From Armatimonadota bacterium (GTDB lineage Bacteria > Armatimonadota > SYMT01), in NCBI GenBank assembly GCA_046292385.1, contig JBKBRF010000008.1, positions 1 to 64,000 on the forward strand: a stretch of 64,000 nt of DNA, read 5' to 3'. Below the pieces are notes generated by a model. It worked only from the letters and a program-made list of their open reading frames with translations. It did not search any database and was not told the origin of the DNA. Position 1 is the stretch's first letter. Every line of letters begins with the position of its first letter. Position numbers and translations under genes: made by a program. Below, one piece after another: positions 18,583 to 27,419 of the stretch.

Positions 18583-19869
18583 CTAGCTAGTACGCAGCCG
18601 CTCCAGCCTCTGCCAGTAGTCCGGGAAGGTCTTGGCGGTGCAGCCGGGGTCGGCGATCTGCACCCCCTCCGCGCGGAGGCCGACCAGCGCGAACGCCATC
18701 GCCATGCGGTGGTCGTGGTAGGTCTGCACTACGGCGGGGGTGACCGGCCGCGGGGTGATGCGGAGGCCGTCCGGCAGCTCCTCCACCTCCTGCCCCAGGC
18801 GGCGCAGCTCCGCGGCGGAGGCGGAGACGCGGTCGCACTCCTGCAGGCGGCTGTGGGCGACGTTCCGCACCTCCGTCACCCCCTCCGCGAACGGCGCGAT
18901 GGCGTAGAGCGTCTGCGCCATGTCGGAGAAGGCGTTGGCGTCTACGGAGACGGCGCGGAGGCGCTCCGGCCCCTGGACCTCCACGAAGTCGGCGCCGCGG
19001 GTCACGGTGCAGCCCATCTCCTCCAGCACGCGCAAGAGCTCCAGGTCGCCCTGCGCGCTCCCCCGCCCGAGGCCCGGCACGCGGACCCGGCCGCCGGAGA
19101 TCGCCGCGGCGGCGAAGAAGTAGGAGGCGTTGGAGGCGTCCGGCTCCACCTGGTAGTCGCGCGGCCAGTACTGCTGCCCGCCCGGCACCCGGAGGATGCG
19201 ATACTCCGGGTCCCGCTCCATCGTCGCGCCGAACGCGGCCATCACGTCGGCGGTGAGGTCGATGTACGGCTTGGAGACCATCTCCCGCTCCACGTGGAGC
19301 GTCAGCCCGTTCCGGGTGAGCGGACCGACCATCAGCAGCGCGCTGAAGTACTGGCTGCTGCTGTCACCGGGGAGGCTCACCTCCCCACCCGCCATGCCGT
19401 CCGCCTCGATCCGGACCGGCGGGCAGCCGGTGCCCTCTTCGGAGTAGGCCCGCACGCCGAGGCTTTGCAGCGCGTCCAGGAGCGGCTGGATCGGCCGCTG
19501 GCGCATGCGGGGAACGCCGTCGACCCGGTACCGTCCGTGCCCCACCCCCAGGAACGCCACCAGGAACCGTGTCGCGGTGCCGGCGTTGCCGACGAACAGC
19601 TCCGCCTCTTCCGCCGGGATGCGCCCGCCCTGTCCCCACACCTCGTACCGGGCGTCGGCCGCGTCCTCTTCCACGCGCAGTTTCAGCCGCCGGAGCGAGT
19701 CGGCCATCCGCTCCGTGTCCTCGGAGAAGAGCGCGCCGCGCAAGACCGAGTGACCCTCCGCCATCGCGGCGATCAGGAGCGCGCGGTTGGTGTAGCTCTT
19801 GGAGCCGGGGACCTGCACCACCGCGTCAACGGGGCCGGAAAGGGGGCGGATCGGGAGAGGATCTTGCAT
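18583..19869 (-). CDS. aroA: 3-phosphoshikimate 1-carboxyvinyltransferase (EPSP synthase)
   Basis: PGSKSYTNR, GNAGTATRF, SSSQYFS, RLQECDR, DHRMAM, KTFP. Confidence 0.97.
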   Translation of the reverse strand: MQDPLPIRPLSGPVDAVVQVPGSKSYTNRALLIAAMAEGHSVLRGALFSEDTERMADSLRRLKLRVEEDAADARYEVWGQGGRIPAEEAELFVGNAGTATRFLVAFLGVGHGRYRVDGVPRMRQRPIQPLLDALQSLGVRAYSEEGTGCPPVRIEADGMAGGEVSLPGDSSSQYFSALLMVGPLTRNGLTLHVEREMVSKPYIDLTADVMAAFGATMERDPEYRILRVPGGQQYWPRDYQVEPDASNASYFFAAAAISGGRVRVPGLGRGSAQGDLELLRVLEEMGCTVTRGADFVEVQGPERLRAVSVDANAFSDMAQTLYAIAPFAEGVTEVRNVAHSRLQECDRVSASAAELRRLGQEVEELPDGLRITPRPVTPAVVQTYHDHRMAMAFALVGLRAEGVQIADPGCTAKTFPDYWQRLERLRTS

Positions 19870-20092
19870 GCGCCCATTCTAGGGTCCGCCTGCGGAGGGG
19901 TCAACTGCGGAGCGGAGACTGGAGCTCCCGGCTGCAGCGAGTCCGCGCCGGCGCGAAAATGGCTGGAACGGGCCCACTCCGGGCGGGTTCATTAGGACAC
20001 GACCACGCCGGGAGCCGAGAAGGAGCCGGTTGGTTGGCTTTCCCTGAACCAATCCCCGGGCCGAGCCCGGACTCAAGTAGAGGAGCTCCCTC

Positions 20093-20533
20093 GTGAAGAC
20101 CTTCATTCTGCGCGGCCTGTTGGCGACCGCTCTCATCGGCGCCGCCGCCCTTCCCGCCGCCGCTCACGATAGCCATTCCCGCGGCAGCAGCCCGAGCCAC
20201 CGCTCGCATCCGGACCGCGGACCGGGCTACCGCGCTCCGGACCACAGCCGGCATCCGGGCCAGAGCGGCCATCCGGGCCGGGGCAACGCCTACGGCCGGT
20301 ACGACCATCGCGACAGCTTCGAGCATCGCTGTGTCCGCGGCGAGAGCCGCGAGCAGCACCTCCGGGGCCTCCGCATGCAGCGCGAGCGGCAGCAGCAGCG
20401 GTCTCGCTACGGCAACTCGCACCGGGACGGCTACCGCGGCCGGTACGACGATCGCCGCGACGACTACCGCGGCCGGGACCATGACCGCGACGATCAGTAC
20501 CGCGGCTCGCGCGGGTCTTCCCACCGCCGCTAA
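20093..20533 (+). CDS. exported low-complexity His/Arg/Asp/Gly-rich protein
   Basis: AGGAG RBS, GTG start, signal peptide ending AAA-H; mature part is RDDYRGR-like repeats. Confidence 0.7.
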   Translation: MKTFILRGLLATALIGAAALPAAAHDSHSRGSSPSHRSHPDRGPGYRAPDHSRHPGQSGHPGRGNAYGRYDHRDSFEHRCVRGESREQHLRGLRMQRERQQQRSRYGNSHRDGYRGRYDDRRDDYRGRDHDRDDQYRGSRGSSHRR

Positions 20534-20553
20534 GCGATGGGGATCGGCCGGAT

Positions 20554-20590
20554 GAAGAGGGGCTGGAGCATTTCGCTTCAGCCCCTCTTC
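20554..20590. terminator. hairpin between convergent genes (possible bidirectional terminator)
   Basis: GAAGAGGGGCTG...CAGCCCCTCTTC 12-bp stem. Confidence 0.55.
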
Positions 20591-20601
20591 GCTTGTCGAG
20601 A

Positions 20602-21492
20602 CTAGAAGAACGTCTCGAACGCCACCCGGAGCTCGTAGGGGAAGTCCGAGTGGGCCGCCTCGCCGGTGCGGGCCAGCGGAACCATCACCCCGACCCGGAA
20701 CTGGTGGCTGCCCCGGATCACCATCTGTGTCAGGTGCAGACCCAACAGTCCGTGCCGGTTGTCGGCGTCCCGTCCTCCGCCGAGCGGATCGTCGGAGTGC
20801 CACTCGGCGTGGATCCCGAGGGCCGTGTTGAGCCCCAGGTCGGCGGCTTCCCGCTGCGGACGGGTCCAGTAGCCGTACGCGGCGTCGAACGCGAGCATGT
20901 CCCCCATTCGGAAGCCGCCCCCCAGGTCGCGCGTCCAGACCAGGCTCGCCCAGGTGGTGTCATCCAGGCGCTCCAGGTCCCACGCGTAGCCGAGCAGGAG
21001 TCCCGGGTTACCGGTGCCGGTCTGCGAGTGCGGCTCCAGGCGGCCGCCTCCGGGATCGGGATGGGTGTCGTCGCCCGTGGGAAGCTTCACCCCGAAGAAG
21101 ACCGACTGCTGCATGTTGTAGCCGACCTCCTGTTTGGCCGAGATCCGGCTCTTGGCGCGGAGGGTAATGTCCCCCAGCCCGGAGACGAAGGTCGACCGCA
21201 GCCGGCCGCGCAGCCGGGTCTGGTGCAGGCTGTTGTGGTACGGCACCTCCAGCCGCAGGTTCAGGCGGGGGCTGATGCCGTAGTCGACCATGTACTCCTG
21301 CTCGAACATCCGCATCCGCTCGCCGCCGCGGCGGGTGGTGCCGGCATCGAAGTACATGAGCTTCACCTCCGGGTGGATCACTCCGAAGCCGAAGGTGATC
21401 GGCGTCTCGCCCCAGAGCGGCTCATGCGCCGCCGCCGGAGCGGTCCCCAGGAGCAGGCTGCTCAATCCGAGCACAGAGAGCAGGCGTCGCAT
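20602..21492 (-). CDS. putative outer-membrane beta-barrel transporter (Phenol_MetA_deg/COG4313-like), His-rich
   Basis: Signal peptide AAA-HEP; SGLGDITLRAK and GVKLPTG motifs; alternating strand with terminal Phe (YELRVAFETFF). Confidence 0.7.
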   Translation of the reverse strand: MRRLLSVLGLSSLLLGTAPAAAHEPLWGETPITFGFGVIHPEVKLMYFDAGTTRRGGERMRMFEQEYMVDYGISPRLNLRLEVPYHNSLHQTRLRGRLRSTFVSGLGDITLRAKSRISAKQEVGYNMQQSVFFGVKLPTGDDTHPDPGGGRLEPHSQTGTGNPGLLLGYAWDLERLDDTTWASLVWTRDLGGGFRMGDMLAFDAAYGYWTRPQREAADLGLNTALGIHAEWHSDDPLGGGRDADNRHGLLGLHLTQMVIRGSHQFRVGVMVPLARTGEAAHSDFPYELRVAFETFF

Positions 21493-21493
21493 C

Positions 21494-22036
21494 TCACCGC
21501 TCCTTCTTTCGCTCGCCGGGCGGCACCACCGCGGTGACTCCCAGGGTCCCGTGGCTGCCCTCTTCTTCTCCCGGCTTCCAGAGCCCCTCCAGCTCCACCC
21601 CCTGGCCGACCTGCTTCTCCAGTTGGGAGAGCAGCTCAGCGTGCCCCTCGGCGGCGGTGAGCGGCAGCTCCACGGGGTGGCGCATCTTGTCGAGGCGGAG
21701 CACCAGGCGATCCGCTTCGCGCGCCAGCGTTCCGGTTACCCGGAGCTCGGTCTGCTCGGGAATCGGGGTGTAGCCCGCGTCCCGGATCGTCTCCCACATG
21801 CGGCGCGGGTCGGGCCACTGGCCCGGCTTCACCTTCACCTCCATGACGGGAGGGCGCAGGTACAGCTTTGCTTGAGCAACGCCATCCAGGCGCTGCAGCC
21901 CCTTGCGGAGCGTAATGCCTCAAGTGGCTCACGTGGCGCCCTTGAGGCCCAGCTTCACCTGCTTCAGGTCGGCGAAGGCGGGGCCGGCGCAGAGCAGCGC
22001 GGCGAGCGCCGGTACGACGAATAGACGTCCGTTCAT
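21494..22036 (-). CDS. exported heavy-metal-associated (HMA, MerP/CopZ-like) domain protein with two in-frame UGA codons: putative UxxU selenoprotein (180 aa)
   Basis: GGGAGA RBS and ATG 22036; reads MNGRLFVVPALAALLCAGPAFA-DLKQVKLGLKGAT*AT*GITLRKGLQRLDGVAQAKLY...WETIRDAGYTP, in frame with the 21494-21844 ORF; the two TGA (21931-21929, 21922-21920) sit exactly at the Cys positions of the HMA GMTCxxC motif. Confidence 0.85.
21889..21919 (-). promoter_or_regulatory. candidate bacterial SECIS hairpin
   Basis: Directly 3' of the second UGA: GGCAUUAC-GCUCC-GCAA-GGGGC-UGCAGCGCC; apical loop begins with G, 22 nt after UGA1 and 13 nt after UGA2. Confidence 0.55.
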
Positions 22037-22128
22037 CAGAGTCTCCCAGTCGAGATGCATCGGAGCGCGCACCCTGCGGGTACGCGCGAGCGGGACGACA
22101 GGCGGGCCGAGGTACTCGGCCGTTCTCG

Positions 22129-22602
22129 TCAGCGACTGGGAGGAGCGCGGGGCCCCGCGGCGGTGCGGCCCGGCGGAGCCCGGCCCGGAGAGGAGGTCCG
22201 GAAGAAGAGGCGTCGTACACCCGTGGGAGCCGCGAGGCGCACTCCGCCGAAGGCGGGGAGCATGGGACCCGGGTCGAGACCGGGCGGCGTGTCCAGGTGG
22301 CGCGGTGACCCGGCCGGGTTGGCCTCCACCCGGAATCGGCAGTGGTCTGGGGTCTTCGCCTGCGGAGCCTGGTCTGCGGTGCTGCCCGCGGCGGGCAGCT
22401 CGCCGTGGTCGCAGGTGTCATGCACCGGGACCGCGCAGCAGCTTGGCTTTCCCGCCAGGCGCTCCAGGCAGGCGAAGGCCTCCGCGCCGACCCGGACGCA
22501 CGCGTCTCCGTTCGGGCAGGTCCACCCTGCCCGCGCGGGTTGCAGCGGCATCCCCAGCAGCGCGAGGACCGGCAGCAGCGCGATTCGGACTCGTCTCCGC
22601 AT
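22129..22602 (-). CDS. Cys-rich exported leader protein ending in RAPP (DUF2946/CruR/CutF-like arrest peptide)
   Basis: Signal peptide; Cys/His cluster (CPNGDAC, C, CC, HDTCDH, HC); Pro-rich linker; C-terminus GRAPPGRTAAGPRAPPSR*. Confidence 0.7.
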   Translation of the reverse strand: MRRRVRIALLPVLALLGMPLQPARAGWTCPNGDACVRVGAEAFACLERLAGKPSCCAVPVHDTCDHGELPAAGSTADQAPQAKTPDHCRFRVEANPAGSPRHLDTPPGLDPGPMLPAFGGVRLAAPTGVRRLFFRTSSPGRAPPGRTAAGPRAPPSR

Positions 22603-22778
22603 CACAAGAAGAGTATACGGCCCCGGGTCACCGCTCCGACGATCCGTGCGACTTCCGTCACAAAGACGGCGGCGAGTGCCCGGTACCGGCTTCCAGAGCC
22701 CCGGTGAGGGGTTTGAGGCGTGTCAGGATGGGAAGCTAGGGGCAGAGAGACAAACGCTGAACCCCGGGAGGTCGCTCG

Positions 22779-23447
22779 ATGCAGACTGTCTCACGCCTCG
22801 CCCTGATCTCGTCCCTGCTCCTGACCGCGCTGGCGGCGCACGCGGCCGCTCCTGCTCCGAGCGCCTCCGACGTGCTGGCACGCGTGGAGCGCCGGCTCGC
22901 CGCGGTGGAGGACTACAGCTACGTGCTGGAGTCGGAAGTCCGCGGGCCGAAGAAGCGGAGCCACGGCACCTACCAGATCTGGGTCCGCAAGCCGAATCTC
23001 TTCCGCCTCAAGGTGCAGCGCGGGCAGAACGAGGGCAGCGAGATCGCGGTCACGCCCCGCGGTACCGTCGATGCCCGGCCTGGCGGTCTGCTGAAGCACC
23101 TGGTGACGAAGTCGATGGACAAGCACGACCCCCGCCTCCGCTCGCCGCGCGGGGCGTACGCGTGGGAATCGACGTTCAGCCACTTCTGCTCCCGGCTCCG
23201 GCAGAGCCTCGGGCGCGCCGGGAGCGCTTCCACCGCGCCCGCTTCCGGCTCGAAGCAGCTCGCCGTCACCCTGAGCTACCGGCACCCGCAGAGCGGTCGC
23301 GCGATGCGCGAGACCTGGACGGTCGACAGCGGCGACTGGAAGCTCACTGGCTTCGATGTCTGGGAAGACGGCGTGCAGGTCGAAAAGTGCCGCCTCAAGG
23401 ACTGCCGCCTCAACCTCGGGCTGAAAGAGAAGTTCTTCGACCTGTAG
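22779..23447 (+). CDS. exported LolA/LppX-fold-like protein (outer-membrane lipoprotein-sorting family)
   Basis: GGGAGG RBS; signal peptide; DYSY, RKPNLFRL, and C-terminal N-x-GL-x-x-x-x-F typical of LolA-like folds. Confidence 0.6.
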   Translation: MQTVSRLALISSLLLTALAAHAAAPAPSASDVLARVERRLAAVEDYSYVLESEVRGPKKRSHGTYQIWVRKPNLFRLKVQRGQNEGSEIAVTPRGTVDARPGGLLKHLVTKSMDKHDPRLRSPRGAYAWESTFSHFCSRLRQSLGRAGSASTAPASGSKQLAVTLSYRHPQSGRAMRETWTVDSGDWKLTGFDVWEDGVQVEKCRLKDCRLNLGLKEKFFDL

Positions 23448-23664
23448 CCTGCCCCCTCGAGCGCGTCGGAGAGCCGCGGCCACCACCCCGCCTTTGGATC
23501 GAGGCAGTATTCCTCGCTCCGACACCCGGCCCAGAGCAGGATAGTCCCGGCGCCGGTCCGCGATTCCACCCATCAAATCCCCCGCCGGCGGGAACCATGG
23601 AAGTGAGGCGCGCACCGGGCACGGGAGCAGATTAGCGGTGCGCGCGGGCTCGAAGGAGGCTTCC

Positions 23665-24447
23665 GTGATCGAGATCAGGAGCCGGGAAACGCAGGCGGTG
23701 CTGCTGCGGGTGGAGGCGGATACCCTTCGCGGCGCCCAACTGGAGGGAGCCAACCTGCGCGACGCCTATCTCGTGGGCGCGGACCTGCGGGACGCCAACC
23801 TCCGGTGCGCCTGTCTCCGCTCCGCGCTGCTGCGCGGCGCCAATCTGCACGGCGCAGACCTGCGCGGCGCGGACCTGCGCGAAGCGCAGCTCGAGGGAGC
23901 GGTGCTGGACGGCGCGCACCTGGACGCCGGCCTGTTGGAAGGGGCGGACCTGGACCACGCCGGCCTCCACTCCGCCGTGCTCGCGCGCGCCGATCTCCGC
24001 GGAGCGATGCTGGAGGCGGCCGACCTCGAGGAGGCGGACCTCAGCGGCGCCGACCTGCGCGAGGCAGACCTGCGCGGAGCAGACCTGGCCGGCGCCAACC
24101 TGCGGGATGCCGACCTGCGCGGCGCGTTTCTGCGGGAAGCGGATCTGCGCACGGCGGTGCTGAGCGGCGCGGTCCTCCACTGCGCGGCGCTCGATGCGGC
24201 AGAGCTAGAGGGCGCCGTCCTCCGCGCCGCAGACCTGGACCACGCGCACCTGCGGGGCGCCGACCTGACCCACGCGGATCTCTCCCAGGCCGATCTCAGG
24301 TGTGCAGACCTCACGGGCGCGACACTCAGGGAGGCCGAGCTGGAAGGCGCGGACCTGCGCGGCGCCTCGCTGGAAGCGGCTGATCTCCGCGATGCGGACG
24401 TGGAGCCGGACCAGCTCAGCGCCGCGACGCCGGAGAATGGCCGCTGA
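23665..24447 (+). CDS. pentapeptide repeat protein
   Basis: Long run of A(D/N)LxG/ADLxx pentapeptides; AAGGAGG RBS before GTG. Confidence 0.92.
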   Translation: MIEIRSRETQAVLLRVEADTLRGAQLEGANLRDAYLVGADLRDANLRCACLRSALLRGANLHGADLRGADLREAQLEGAVLDGAHLDAGLLEGADLDHAGLHSAVLARADLRGAMLEAADLEEADLSGADLREADLRGADLAGANLRDADLRGAFLREADLRTAVLSGAVLHCAALDAAELEGAVLRAADLDHAHLRGADLTHADLSQADLRCADLTGATLREAELEGADLRGASLEAADLRDADVEPDQLSAATPENGR

Positions 24448-24456
24448 GGGGCCGGT

Positions 24457-24777
24457 CTACGCCTCGTTGATCACGCCGAGCAGGCCGGTGACCTGCAGGA
24501 TTCGGCGCACCTCACGGGAGGGGTTCCGAATGCAGAGATCCCCGCCCAACTCCCGCGCCTCGCGGAGCACGTGGATCAGCACGCCGAGGCCGCTGCTGTC
24601 CATGAAGCTGACGCCCGAGAGGTCGACGATGAGCGACGGTCCCTGGGTGTGAAGGACACGGATCAACTCCGCGCGTACTTCCCAGGAGTTCGCCGTGTCG
24701 ATGCTCTCATCCTCAATCGCGAGCACCGCGGGTGGTCTCTCGACTCCTGTCGCGGGGATCTCGAGCCGGGTCATCAT
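24457..24777 (-). CDS. STAS domain anti-sigma-factor antagonist (RsbV/SpoIIAA-like)
   Basis: IVDLSGVSFMDSSGLGVLI phospho-Ser motif; GGAGAGGA RBS. Confidence 0.92.
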   Translation of the reverse strand: MMTRLEIPATGVERPPAVLAIEDESIDTANSWEVRAELIRVLHTQGPSLIVDLSGVSFMDSSGLGVLIHVLREARELGGDLCIRNPSREVRRILQVTGLLGVINEA

Positions 24778-24953
24778 CTGTCCTCTCCAGGAGCTGCCGG
24801 CCCGCGGCTGCGGTGCGGGCGGACGGTATCCACGCTCAGGGTGTCCGATCTGCGGTACCGTGAAACAGCGTTTGAAACAATCTTATTGGCCCCTGACTGC
24901 TCGCGGGAGAGCCGGCTGAGTCGCCGCTGGCTCGAGGGCTATTCGGCTGGCCG

Positions 24954-27293
24954 CTACTTGCGGCGGGCGGCCTCCAGAAGGAGCCTCTGTTCGGCGGCGG
25001 CGATGATGCGGCGCGTGCGATCGAGGGTGTCCGGATTGACGGAGATCGAGGTGATCCCCCACTCCACCAGTTTTTCCGCGATCTCCGGGTAGACAGAGGG
25101 CGCCTGACCGCAGATAGAGCAGGTGACGCCCTGCTCCCGGCACGCGGTGATGATGTCGCGGATCGCGCCCATCACCGCCGGGTCTCGCTCATCGAACAGG
25201 GTGGCGAGCGCCTGGCTGTCGCGGTCGACGCCGAGCATGAGCTGTGTCAGGTCGTTGGAGCCGATCGAGACGCCGGAGACGCCCTCCGCCACGTATTCCG
25301 GCAGGCGGTAGAGGATGGAGGGCACCTCTGCCATCACCCAGTAGGAGAAGGTCGGGTCCTCGGTCAGCCCCACCTCGTCCATCAGCCGGCGGCAGGCGCG
25401 CAGCTCGGAGAGGGTGCGGACAAACGGCAGCATCAGGATCAGGTTCTTGAGCCCCTGCTCCTGGCGAACCCGCTTGAACGCCTCCAGCTCCAGCCGGAAG
25501 AGGTCCGGCTCCGCGAGGTAGCGGTACGCCCCGCGGTAGCCGATCATCGGGTTCGCCTCTTCCGGCTCGTACTCGGCACCGCCCGCCATGTTCCGGTATT
25601 CGTTGGTCCGGAAGTCGGTGGTCCGCGCGATGACCGGCCGCGGTGCGAAGGCGCGAGCGAACCGGGCTAGGTGTTCTGACAGGCCGTCCCGGAATTCCGC
25701 TCCGCGGCCTTCGTCAATCAGCTTCCGTGGGTGGGTATTGTTCGTGCTGGACAGGACGATGAACTCGATCCGCAGCAGCCCGACGCCGTCCGCGTCGTGC
25801 GCCGCGACCTTCTCCGCCAGCTCCGGCTGCCCCAGGTTGACGTAGAGGCGCGTGGCGGTGACCGGCGGCGCCGGGAGGGCTGGGGCGGCCGGTTCCGGCG
25901 CCGGTTTCGGGGCTTCTCGCCGGCCGGCGTAAACCACGCCCTGGGCCGCGTCGACCGTTACCTCGGCTCCATCGGAAATCCGCTGCGTGGCGTCCTGGGT
26001 ACCGACGATGCACGGGATGCCCAGCTCTCGCGAGACGATCGCCGCGTGCGCGGTCATTCCACCCTCGTCGGTTACGATGGCGCCCGCTTTCTTCATCAGT
26101 GGCACCCAGTCCGGCTCGGTCATGCGCGTGACCAGCACGTCGCCCGCGGAAAGTCGGGAGCTCTCATCCAGCGAGCGCAGCAGCCGCGCTCGCCCGGAGG
26201 CGACCCCCGGCGAGGCGGGCAGCCCCTTCGCCAGCACCTCTTTCGCGCCCTCCTCCGTCTCGGAAGCGACGGCCGCGCCGGCGACGGCGGTGACGGGACG
26301 GGACTGGACGATGTAGACGCGCCCGTCCGCGAGCGCCCACTCGATATCCTGGGCGGTGCCGTAGTGCGCTTCGATCTCCCGGCCGAGCCGAGCAACCGTC
26401 TTCACCTGCTCCGGCGTCAGGCAGGCACGGCGCGCCTCGTCGCCCTGCAGCCTGCGGCGCTGGTTCTCTCCCTGCTCGTCCCGGTAGGCGAGGATATGCT
26501 TCTCCGCCAGCCGCTCCCGCGTGACCTCTAGTGTCTCCTTGCTCACCTCCCAGTGGTCCGGGCTCACCGCCCCGCTCACCACCGTCTCACCCAGGCCGAA
26601 GGCGCCCTCGATCACGATCGAGCGCCGCTCGCCGTTGGCGGGGTTCACCGTGAACATCACCCCGGCCGCTTCGGAGTCGACCATCGCTTGCACCACCACC
26701 GCGATCGCCATCCGCTCCTCCGGAATCCCCTGCTTCCGGCGGTAGAAGAGCACCCGCGCGCCGTAGAGGGAGCGCCAGCAGTCCCGCACGGCCGCAAGCA
26801 GACCCTCCTCCCCGCGGACGTTCAGGAACGTCTCGTTCATCCCGGCGAACGAGGTCCCCGGCATGTCCTCCGCCGTCGCGGAGGAGCGCACCGCCACAAA
26901 CGGCTGCTCCTCGTTGCTGCGCTGCGCCAGGGTGCGGTAGGCGTCGAGAATGGCGGAGCGCACCGGCTCCGTCAGCTCCGCCCGGCCGATCAGCGCCTGC
27001 AGCTCGGCGGCGGCGACCTGCAGATCGTCCGTCCGGTCCACGTCGAGCCCTTCGATCCGCCGCAGCACCCGCTCCCGCAGGCCGGACTCCACCAGGAACT
27101 CCTGAAACGCCTCCGCGGTCACCACGAACCCCGGCGGTACCGGCATCTCGAACGAGGCGAGCTCTCCGAGGTTGGCGCCCTTGCCGCCGACCAGGTCGGT
27201 ATCGGCGGCAGAAAGTGTCTCGAGCCAGCGGATCGAGGCGGCCCCCGCGCTCGCCGGCGCCGGCTCCGAAGGACGGTTCGTGGTGATCGACAT
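24954..27293 (-). CDS. ppsA: phosphoenolpyruvate synthase
   Basis: GGKGANLGEL, VAVRSSATAED, GGMTAHAAIVSRELG phospho-His, SIGSNDLTQ, SICGQAPS. Confidence 0.95.
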   Translation of the reverse strand: MSITTNRPSEPAPASAGAASIRWLETLSAADTDLVGGKGANLGELASFEMPVPPGFVVTAEAFQEFLVESGLRERVLRRIEGLDVDRTDDLQVAAAELQALIGRAELTEPVRSAILDAYRTLAQRSNEEQPFVAVRSSATAEDMPGTSFAGMNETFLNVRGEEGLLAAVRDCWRSLYGARVLFYRRKQGIPEERMAIAVVVQAMVDSEAAGVMFTVNPANGERRSIVIEGAFGLGETVVSGAVSPDHWEVSKETLEVTRERLAEKHILAYRDEQGENQRRRLQGDEARRACLTPEQVKTVARLGREIEAHYGTAQDIEWALADGRVYIVQSRPVTAVAGAAVASETEEGAKEVLAKGLPASPGVASGRARLLRSLDESSRLSAGDVLVTRMTEPDWVPLMKKAGAIVTDEGGMTAHAAIVSRELGIPCIVGTQDATQRISDGAEVTVDAAQGVVYAGRREAPKPAPEPAAPALPAPPVTATRLYVNLGQPELAEKVAAHDADGVGLLRIEFIVLSSTNNTHPRKLIDEGRGAEFRDGLSEHLARFARAFAPRPVIARTTDFRTNEYRNMAGGAEYEPEEANPMIGYRGAYRYLAEPDLFRLELEAFKRVRQEQGLKNLILMLPFVRTLSELRACRRLMDEVGLTEDPTFSYWVMAEVPSILYRLPEYVAEGVSGVSIGSNDLTQLMLGVDRDSQALATLFDERDPAVMGAIRDIITACREQGVTCSICGQAPSVYPEIAEKLVEWGITSISVNPDTLDRTRRIIAAAEQRLLLEAARRK

Positions 27294-27419
27294 GGCGCTT
27301 CTCCCGAAAGCCCCGGCGCGGGCGGCCCGGGACGGAGCGGCGCCCGAACGCGCCCTCCTCGTTCCAGCGTTCCCCCGTCTGCGGGGGATGACGCGGACCG
27401 CCGGAGCGGGGCGCTGCGG

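Noticed and set aside
21494..22036. HMA gene as a simple pseudogene, or a genome-wide UGA reassignment
   Set aside because: Both stops fall exactly on the two ligand positions with no other lesions; many neighbouring genes, including this one, end normally in TGA.
24861..24879. TGAAACA direct repeat upstream of the STAS gene
   Set aside because: Only two units and no assignable regulator; may just be overlapping GTTT promoter elements on the minus strand.
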